64,000 bases of DNA. Origin: Cycas panzhihuaensis. Taxonomy: Eukaryota; Plantae; Cycadophyta. Within the stretch, counting starts at the first letter, position 1; every line of letters starts with the position of its first letter. The translations under genes were made by a program, and so were the position numbers. Under the pieces are notes generated by a model. It was not told the origin of the DNA and ran no database searches. It was given only the letters and a program-made list of their open reading frames with translations. This document shows positions 54,340 to 64,000 of this stretch, one piece after another. The stretch covers positions 176,459,741-176,523,740 of the forward strand of contig CM041465.1 of assembly GCA_023213395.1 (NCBI GenBank), read 5' to 3'.

Positions 54340-54620
54340 AATGATGCATGGCACATCAACTGAGATGCCTGTAGGCATATGATAGGTAGGTTTGAATGGT
54401 TCAGGCATATGTGGGAAGCCATTAGACACACAATTGTCTTAGGTAATAATAAGGTGATTGCTATCAAAGACATATGAGATGTCTTACAAATTATTCCTAA
54501 TTATGATGATTAATATATAGAGAATGTTTTATATGTGCTAGGTTTGAAAATGAACCTCATTTTGGTTAATCAAATAAAGGACAATGGAATGAGTGTTCTC
54601 TTTAAAGATAGAAGGTAACT
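54340..54620 (+). pseudogene. Isolated Copia protease-region fragment
   Basis: NDAWHIN*DACRHMIGRFEWF...IVLGNNKVIAIKD...IENVLYVLGLKMNLILVNQIKDNGMSVLFKD. Confidence 0.75.
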
Positions 54621-57185
54621 AGGTATATGATTTAATGTAACTAACATAGTAGGTAAGGGGGGCTCTTAAAGGCTTATATTTACAAGTAGTAGGAGCATGG
54701 AGCTTGGAAACTAATTTCCCTTTTTCTCTTTTCCTCCCTTCTATCTCTTTTTCTATTCTTTAAAATTGTTTGCTACCTGTTTTATAGGGGAAACTCTACC
54801 TAATTTTTTCCATGTGGCACCTTAAGGTACTCCATCTAAACTTGTATTTTTATTTTGATTTTCAATAATTTAGAGTTTATAAGAAAATGTTTTTTTATCA
54901 TAATATGGTTCAGTTAGTTATTAAGTTGCCATAATTCACCAAGATTCACTTAAGTTCATTTTTGTTATCATTTTGAGGTTAAGAACTACTTATAGGGTGG
55001 GGAAGATTGTACCCAATTTTTTTGGCACTATCTCCTAAGCTATTATCTTCTTAACCTCTCCTTTTACTAGTTTCTTACATATTTCAAATATTATAAGAAA
55101 ACTTTTTATTATAAGTTTATTTGGAAAGATGTTATGCTATCAAATTTTCGATAGAATCTTTTCTTATGTTATTTGTGCAATTTGGTTGTACAAAAGAAGA
55201 ATATCAAAAATGAGGAAAGCTCTCCATTGAAGTTATAAATGTTCTAAGATGGAGCCCTTTACCCCCTTTTTGTCCTTCATTTTATTAAATTCTAAGAAAA
55301 GAGGATATTTACAAAGGTAATATTAGGCCTAAAAGGCCTTTTCATATTTTATCCACTTTATAAAAAAAGATATATAAAAAAGAAATATAAGACTCTTTAC
55401 CTTCCCTTTTTATTTACCACAAAGATATAAAACTAATAATAAAAGGTGGGTGCTCTTTTTTTTTAATTTCTTATCCCCCTTTTCTTAACTACTTACTTTT
55501 ATTAAAGAAAAGAGTAAAGGAGAGAGAGGAGTATGAGGCACTTCCCTTTTCCTGCCTTATTCCCAAGAAGAGAAAAGAAGGCAAAGAGGAAAAGCAAAGA
55601 TAAAAGAGGGCGAGGGAGCATTTGGTTATTTTGTTTGCTTACATATGAATAAGCTTGCTTGTTCTTCCCCCTCTTCTTTATGCATATAGCCTTAATTAGA
55701 GAACTAAAAGAAAGAGGGAAAATAAGATCTTTGTATCTTGTAGGCATGTTTATTAGTGGGATTGAAGTAAGAAAAAGAGTTACATTTATTATAGGTATTC
55801 AAACCTATAAGGTCTTAGGTGTGTATATAATATGGGTTTTATGTTAATTTCATATAGCCACATTATAACTATGTGTTTTATTTTTTCTCTATGACCCCCT
55901 TGTCTAACCTAGGTTACTACCTTAGTTGTTATAATTGTGTCCAAGCAAAAAATAATGTTTATGAGAGAGTTTGATCTATCCCTTCTCAAATGAGGATATC
56001 TTCTATCTTAGGTCCTTTATTAAGTTGAGAAATAGGTCATTCCCTCCTCATATATTAATGATTTCTAGTGACCATACTAGGAGCTCATTGGTTATGGGGT
56101 TGATGGTACACCATTAGTCCTCCCCTCTTATACCACTTTAGTTTCCATTTTATGGTGGCTTACCTAACAAGGCCTTATTAAGTCCTTAGAAATTATAAGT
56201 TGGGATCATGATGACAATCTTGATCCACCTCCCATACCTTAGGTTAAAGGCAATCTAGTCTTATGTGATGATCACCTTAAAAGTAATGAAATGAGAACTT
56301 TGCATCTAGTTGGTGTAATACCCTATCCATTTCTATCTTATTAGACATACTAGTAGGGGCAACCCCTTGTAATGATGTCTCCCATATGACTGAAATGAGT
56401 TAAATGTCACAAGGTCATTACATTAGTTGATTATTCCTAAAAGGATCTGAAGTGAACTTTAAATTAGATAACTTAAGTAAAATATACTTTCATGTGTATT
56501 ATGTATAATTTTATTTCACCTAACTCTAATGCTCCCTCTCTTAATATAAAAGTAAAAGCTAAATGGAGGAGGTTCATTCTTACCTCCCTATTTTTATGAG
56601 AGCTACTCTTTCTCTCTCAAGTCTCTCTTGCTCCTATGTTTACCTTTGTGTATAGCACATGGAGATGAAGGATAGATCTACTCCTTTCATGTGGTGTTAG
56701 AGCTTACTTTGTTCATGTTCCTCACTTGCACTTATAATGGAGCCATCACTTCCTTCTCCCCCATAATCCATGTGGTGAAGGAGATTGTGAAAGTGGATTT
56801 GGAAATATTTTCAAGTTTTTATTATAGCATACTTAGTATTATTTACTTTCTCTTTCTCTTTTATAGGTTTGGAAGCATAATACAAGGAATTGTAAGGCCC
56901 AAGGATTTTAATCCTTTAGTATCCATCTATACATATCTCATTCTTTTTCTCTTTCCCCTCTTGTTGTCCATTTAACAAGGGGAAATGCTATCAAAAGTTT
57001 TCAAGCATTTAAAAAAATATTTGTAAGGGGAGGTTCTGTCCTTTTTTTTAAAGAATTTGGAGCCATTTAAAATATCTATCATTGTATACTCTCACCTTAC
57101 CCATATCAGGATCCTAGTGATTGAAAAATGATAAAAATTTCATATGATATCATGTGTTTATAAGATATTTGTAAGTTAAATTTTC

Positions 57186-57497
57186 TATAGAGCTCTAATT
57201 AATCTGATTCTAAGTTTTAAAGATGTGGCCTTGAGTCTAGTTTCTAGCACAAAAAATGGCACCCAATTTTGTTGTCGTATGAGAAAGTTATTGTTGTTTT
57301 AGTGAATAATAGTTATATTTAGTAAGAATTTTAGAAATATATATTTTATTTATTTTAAAGGACTTCTAAACATTTTGTAGAAGTTATTTAGACCTAATTC
57401 CACTTCCTAAATATGTGGCTCTGGGTCTAATTTGTAGCACAAAAATTGGCACTCAATTTTGTTATCGTGGGAGAAAGTTATTACTATTTTAGTGAAG
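57186..57497 (+). repeat. Two ~190-bp-spaced diverged repeats
   Basis: ATGTGGC....GTCTA.TTT.TAGCACAAAAA.TGGCAC.CAATTTTGTT.TCGT..GAGAAAGTTATT....TTTTAGTGAA occurs twice. Confidence 0.8.
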
Positions 57498-58365
57498 ACT
57501 ACTTTTTTGTATAAAAAGAAAGTGAAGAAAATTTCTTCCTTTTTAAGGCTTCAAAGCCCATTGTAAAAGTGAGTGGAAAACACCTGGATCAGAGCAATAT
57601 CCAGTAACCTCACCTCATTTCTTAACATTTTATTTTAACACTCCAAAATCACTCCAAGCAAGCACTACATTTTTAGTTATATATACGTTTGATGCAAATT
57701 CGATAATCTTTTCACTCTCTTTAAAAGGAACGCATCTTGTACATTATTTTCCACCATCTTGTACTTGTTCATATACTTTCCAAGGTTAACATACCTTAGT
57801 TGGTAGAATATCATGCCATAAAGAAGGTGTGGGTTTCAAGTTAAGACTGAACTTAATCAAAATATTAGTGAGGTTTAGTTAGCTATACCATCATGCTTCA
57901 ATTAGAGAACATCTTGATAACCAACTAAGAAAATAGAAACTTTAATATAAGATTAAAATATACCCAATTAAATATCCATCATAGCCATGGGTATGTACAT
58001 ACCACTCTTTAGAGAAGGTATATAGTTGCTCATTGGTGAACTAAGTGAGGATTGAGTGTACTTAGACTCCATTATAACTTAGATTTTATCACCAAATACA
58101 ATTATGGGTATCGTAGGTGAAGGCCAACTTAATTCTACTAGAAGCCTAGCCATCCCTTCAACAACATCAACTATATATTGGACATAAGTTACAGGCTATT
58201 GGGTTGATTACATATCCTACATTTAAGTTTTAGAGTTATGTGTACCCAATGATGTCAACTTCAAAATTAGTCTATAATCTTGTATATTAAATACTCACAT
58301 ATTTTCAAATAATGATCCATAGTGTAATCATAGTGCTACATTGTTGCTACTTCAAGATAATTCTA

Positions 58366-58521
58366 CCATAAGTGTTGGTGGCTAATTTTCATCATAGTGC
58401 TTCTCATATTCCTACTGCATTAGGTTAATATTTGCCATAAGTGTTAGTGGCTAATTTTTATCATAGCACTTCTCATATTCCTACTATGCCAGGTTAATAT
58501 TTATCATAAGTGTTGGTGACT
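58366..58521 (+). repeat. 69-bp tandem repeat (x2.2)
   Basis: CATAAGTGTT(G/A)GTG-starting units at 58366, 58435 and 58504. Confidence 0.85.
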
Positions 58522-58689
58522 TTTCTCTAAGTTTCTCCTTTTATATTTGAGTAACCATTCTCACTTCTCTATTCTTCCTTCTACTACATTGCTTTATTAC
58601 ATTTCTCATTTATAAATAGTGATTGGCTATTTATTGCCATCACTTTTATAAGTCCCTTATTCATTTCTTCCCTTCTTAAAAGACACCAT

Positions 58690-59785
58690 GTCTTTATAAT
58701 TCAAGTAAAATATGAATTACATTCTTAAAAGGAAAAATAATTAGGACAAGTAGTTCATTGGTATTAGAAATACTGCAAAGTATGAAGGTTTTTAGAGAGA
58801 TCATCCACATCTTACACCAATTATTGCTACCACAACTACCTCTGGAGAAACTCCTTCGACTCCTCCTATTAAAGTTATAGCCAAACATCAATGGGAACTT
58901 GATGATGATGAAATTTATATAGGGATACTTCTTGTCACTAATTATTCCATGGATAACCTCATTGATGAAGTTGTATATGATACAACATGGAAAGTCCTTA
59001 AAGTTCTCAAGAAGAAATTTGATATTAAATCAAACTTAGAATTTATTCACCTAGTACTGAAGATGAATAAATTAAAAATGTAGAAAGGATATGCAAGTGA
59101 GATAATCAATCTCCTTTATCCCATCAAGTAAGCCATCGATAAAGACTTCAAGACTCAATGTATTATATTGGCTTTCTTGATTTAGTCATGTCTCAATATC
59201 CCATATTATAAAAATCTACTAGGAAGTATTCAATATAGTGGCACCTTAAAGACCCTAAACTTTGAGGATCTTGTTAGTAAGTTCATCAAATTTGATAAGA
59301 CCTTTGATACTAACTTTGCCACTACATCATATCTAGTTGATGTTGCTTTTGAAGTGGAAGAAGATCTTTTTTATACTAAAAATCAAGGTCAATCCTCTTG
59401 TAAAGGTGGTAATTCATTTAGAGAGGCAGATCTAGACAATAAGGATAATTTCCTCATGGTCAACAGGCTCACCAATACCAATGAAAATAGTCTCAAGGCC
59501 AAGGCCAAAATAATCAACCTAGACTTAGATCTAGCAATCAAAGATAATTGAGCCAACTCAATATTTCTTATAAGACTAGAAATCAAATAATTATGTGCCA
59601 AAGGTGTCATAGAAAAAGACACTATACCAAAATTATAGAACTTCCACCAATAAACTACTAAGCTATCAACAACACCATGGTCCACCAATAAACTACTAAG
59701 CTATCAACAACACCATGGTGTACATAATGTTAATGATACTTCTTTCAAAGATAGTTTTAGTAGAATGCAATTTGCTCATGTATAT
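58690..59785 (+). pseudogene. Copia-like gag remnant, interrupted by Gypsy-C
   Basis: DTTWKVLKVLKKKFDIKSNLEFIHLVLKMNKLKM..LNFEDLVSKFIKFD resembles Copia gag; followed by a Q/N-rich linker. Boundaries approximate. Confidence 0.55.
59643..59719 (+). repeat. Perfect 38-bp tandem duplication
   Basis: TCCACCAATAAACTACTAAGCTATCAACAACACCATGG x2. Confidence 0.95.
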
Positions 59786-59953
59786 TATAATGAACCTGAA
59801 TCAAAAGAGAGAAATCTAATTGCATATGGTAACATAAGATCCAAAATTATATATAAGATTATAAAAGCATCTATAATCACATGTATCGATGGGCCTCTTC
59901 AAGGGGGAAACCTCTAATACATAAGATCATAATACTTTTAGATGATCCTCACT

Positions 59954-60009
<56 letters not shown>

Positions 60010-63000
60010 TATTAAGATTGCCCATCTCTTGGACTTATGAATGTGGGATAATTACAAGAATAGAAATATAAGATTTGAAAATAAGAGAGATAAGGGTTGG
60101 GTTCTTCATAGGTTCTCCCCTTTTGAAAAGGTTTACTCTCAAAGCTTGACTAGTCCTAGATGCTTTTGAATAAATTACTCACTTTCCCAAGTTGAATTGC
60201 CATGTGAAAACTGCTTCCATTTAATGAGATACTATTTGATGTCTCCAGAGTGCAAATGCCTAACCCTTTCCTCTAAAATTCGTTCAGGTATCAGTTGAAT
60301 CCTCCCTTTATTATCTAATATTGGTAATTTTGTTTATGCCTGCACTTACTATCCAATTACTCTTTCAAGACAAGATACATGGAAAACATTATGGATTTTA
60401 GTTGTTATAGGTAACTCCAAGGCATAAGCTACTTCCACCACTCATTTAAGGATTTTATAAGGCCCATAAAACCTTAGCTCCAACTTGTGTTTACCATCTC
60501 TTTTAAGTAAAGTTTGCTTGTATGGTTGCAAGTGCAAGTAAACCCAATCTCCTACTTGAAACTCTCATTCAGTTCTTTATTTATCTGCTTGTTGTTTCAT
60601 TCAGTTCTAAGCTAACTTTAGGTTTTTCGTAAATATCTTGAGTGTCTCTACGGTTTATTGTAGATTCTCCTCTACTACTTGAACTCTAATATTCTCTATG
60701 GAATAGTTCTTAATAGATGGTAGTTCATACCTATATAATGCATGAAAGGGACTTATTTTTATTACCATATGGTAAGTAGTATTATACCACCATTTTGCCA
60801 TGGGAAGCCAATGATGCCATTGATTTTATTTATCTAACATGTAGAATCAAAGATATCCTTCTAAACATTTGTTAACCACATTCATTTGTCTATTCATTTA
60901 TGGTTGGTATGCTTTGCTCATTATTAGCTTGAAGAGTTCAGTCTAAAAAATGCTTGTGAACTTTGGGTCTCTGTCACTGACAATCTTCTTAGGCATTCTA
61001 TGGAGTCAATGTATCTCTTTTAAGAAAATCTCAGTAATTTGTTTTGCCTTATAAGTGGACTGGATTCCATAAAAATGAGCATACTTTAGTAATCTATCAA
61101 TAACTATAAAGATGACATCCCTCCCATCTGATTTTGGTAATCATGTGATGAAGTCCATGGATATTTCTTCCCATCTTTGATTTACTATAGGAAGTGGATA
61201 TAATAAAGCAGATATCTTGCTCATTTCACCCTTTTGTTGTTGGCATACTTTACAAGTTGTAACCCATCGTTTAGTATCTTACTTAAGCCCATTCTAATAG
61301 AAGGATTACTTAATCCATTGGTAAGTCTTTAGGAATCTAGAATGGCCTGCTATTGGAGAGGCATGTACATCATGCAATATCTTCTCCTTAATCTTAGAAT
61401 TAGGTCTAAGATATATTCTATTTTTGTACCATAGGATGTTTACTACCCATGAAAATCTTTTATGACTATCTTGATCAACCTGTAGATCCTGTATTAATTA
61501 CTTTATCTTGGTATCATTTTTTCACTCTTCCCTTACCTCCTCGATCCATGAAGAGATAACTATTGTTAATGCATATAATATAGAATCTCCTTCTTTTTAT
61601 GATAAGGTGTCAATTACTATATTTTCCTTCCCTTTTTTATATATGATTTCAAAATCAAAATCTTGAATTTTAGAGACCCATTTTTGCTATTCATGAGAAG
61701 CTACCCTTTGGTCTAGGAAATACTTCAAGCTTTTATGGTCTGTCTTTTATTTGAAATGGGTTACGAGTAAATATTGGCACAATTTTTGAATTGCTTGTAG
61801 GATTTCCATAATCTCTTTTTCATATGTAGACTTGACTAAGTCCCTAGACTTTAATTTTTAACTTTCAAAGGTTATGGGTCTCCCTTCTTGAATGAGGACT
61901 GCTCTAATACCTTGTCTTGAGGCATCACATTCAATGATAAATGTTTTAGTGAAGTCAAGAGTGGCTAAAATTTGTATGGTAGTCATGGATACCTTTAGGC
62001 TCTCAAAAGCTTCAGTAGTGGCATATTTCCATATGAAAGAATCCTTATTTAATAATTATGTCACGGGTGCTATAATATTAGCATACCCTTTCATAAATTT
62101 TTGGTAGTACCCTATTAAACCTAGGAATCCATGTAGCCCATTGATATTTTTAGTTTGTGGCCAATTTACTATGGATTCAATCTTCCTTGATTGACCTTGA
62201 CTCCTTGTGAGATGATATACCCTAAGTATTCCACTTCCTACCTTCCAAAGTTATATTTTGATCTATTTGTAAAGAGTTTATTTTCTTCTAATAATTGCAA
62301 AGCCTTATCAACATGTTGAAGATGTTCTTCCTTTATCCAGCTATATACTAAGATGTTGTCAAAGAACACTAAGATAAACTTCCTTAGATAAGATTAAAAG
62401 ATTTTATTCATAAGCCCTTAGAATATGGTCGATGCATTGGTTAAGCCAAAAGTCATGACTAGGAATTCATAATGGCCTTCATGGGTGCGAAAAGCTATTT
62501 TGTAAGCATCAACAACCTTGATTCTAATTTGGAAATATCCAAATTTTAAATCTATGGTGATGAAAAGGGTTACTCCATTTAATTCATCTAACAATTCATT
62601 AATCACTGGTAATGGGGAGTTTATCTTTAATAGTAATTTTATTTAATTCCTAATAATCCACACACATACGAAAGGATCCATCCTTTTTTTTTACCAATAT
62701 TATTGATGCCAAAAATGTGCTTTTGCTTTTCCTAATGGCCCTAGCTTCAAGAAGTTCATGCACAATTTTTTTAATTTTATTCTTCTATTGATAAGGATAT
62801 CTATAAGTTTAGATGCTAGGTGGATTACTACTGGCAATGAGTTCAATAACATGATCTTTTTCCTTTTCTAGAGGAAGCCCCTTAGGAATGTCTTTGAAAA
62901 CCTTACTATGTTTGACTAACACTTCTTGCAATTTAGATGTTAGGTTATTCTCCTTATGAAGATCTTCCTTTATTACTAACTCATGCTCTTCTAATATATA

Positions 63001-64000
63001 ACATCTAGTTATAAGTCCTATTCCTCTTTTTCTTAGAAGCTTCTCCATCTTATGTGAATTGAGGACCTATGATGGAGGTGGGATACTTCCATTGAGTTGG
63101 TACTATTTCCCTCTTGAGTTAAAATAGATGAATAATTACTCTAAGTTAAGTAGAAAAGTACCTAATATTTTTAGCCATTATACTCCTAAAACCACATCGA
63201 CTCCTCCCACTGGAATGGCATACATTGAGGAAGCCAATCATTAATCCCCCATAGTCATTTTAATATTATAACATTTATCTCTGTAGGCTAATGTACCACC
63301 ATTGGTAACCATAACTTAAAATTTCTTAACTAGATAAGGGAAATAATTTAATTCTTCTGTAAGTTTCTTATTGATAAAAGTATATGTGCTTCCTAAATCA
63401 ATTAAGATGACTACCCTTTTCCTTGATGTATACTATAATCTTCAAGGTGTGTGGAGCTACAATCCCTACTAAAGCATGGATAGATATTATCATTATGTTC
63501 TCTTCTTTAATATCTAGTGATTTGGGAGGAGTGTCATCTTCTACAATGGCTTCTTCTATATCTTCTTCCTGTGTATCTTCAATGATGAATAGTCATCTTT
63601 CTAAACATTTATGATCTTTATTTCACTTCTCATTGCATCGAAAATGAATACCCTTTAGCCTTTTCTCATCCATTTCTTTAGTTGTCATCCTTCATGTTAT
63701 AGGAATGTATAGGCTTCTTTTTTCTTCCCCCATCCTATTATATTTTTAGATAGCCCTATTTTTAGCTTCAATTTATTGGGCTACTATGATTGCTTCTATT
63801 AGGATACTAAGTTTTAGTAAGCATAATTCATATCGTATATCTTCTTTTAAACCCCCAATGTAGAGTTCAAGCAATTTCTCATTATTAAGATCATTAAATA
63901 GGGTAGCCAATTTTTGGTATTCTATAGTGTATTTTGATACTTTTCCTTCTTGTTTTAGTTTAGCCAACTGACTAAAATAGTCATCATCCCAAATATTATC
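59786..64000 (-). mobile_element. Gypsy-C: degenerate chromovirus, 5' part outside the window
   Basis: Putative 3' LTR 59786-60110 with inverted termini (TATGAAGAACC / TATAATGAACC) and internal (TA)n; PPT complement TCTCCCCTTTT at 60114; chromodomain YLIKWKQFSHGNSTWESE ~60180-60235; RT ORF 62418-62606; gag ORF 63773-63967. Confidence 0.9.

Noticed and set aside
54650-57100. LTR-like segments and ORFs 55502-55847 and 56691-56975
   Set aside because: Probably retroelement LTR or leader debris, but no paired repeats, clear PBS or protein motifs to define them.

Overview
This is AT-rich, CpG-depleted plant heterochromatin made almost entirely of decayed, nested LTR retrotransposons. A large-genome land plant, possibly a gymnosperm, is my inference. 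I see no intact host gene, RNA gene or CRISPR array. LTR pairs, tRNA-iMet primer binding sites (PBS), polypurine tracts (PPT) and 5-bp target-site duplications (TSD) resolve a five-level nest. A minus-strand Copia (Copia-4) hosts a non-autonomous LTR element N1 (<1-38047). N1 hosts a Tekay-like chromovirus, Gypsy-A (2773-36581). Gypsy-A hosts a solo LTR, Copia-1 (3549-10710), Copia-2 (12427-20670, itself containing a solo LTR), non-autonomous N2 (24432-27646) and chromovirus Gypsy-B (28113-33877). Further right lie Copia-3 (39579-47709, minus), a ~1.5-kb-arm inverted repeat, Copia fragments and chromovirus Gypsy-C (59786-end, minus). The most interesting signal is that the long 5' leaders of the Copia elements carry intronless, internally deleted host mRNA fragments in antisense. 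MAP65 abuts the Copia-1 PBS, a K/R/S-rich fragment plus importin-alpha follow the Copia-2 PBS, and an NSR-type RRM sits in the Copia-4 leader. In Copia-1 and Copia-2 the captured reading frame runs into the PBS complement, suggesting PBS-primed capture of host mRNA. N2 carries a processed DJ-1 fragment in sense. Separately, Copia-1 and Copia-3 have unrelated LTRs yet share a ~330-360-nt non-coding, apparently structured element just upstream of gag. All protein identifications are by-eye translation and recalled family motifs; no database search was run.
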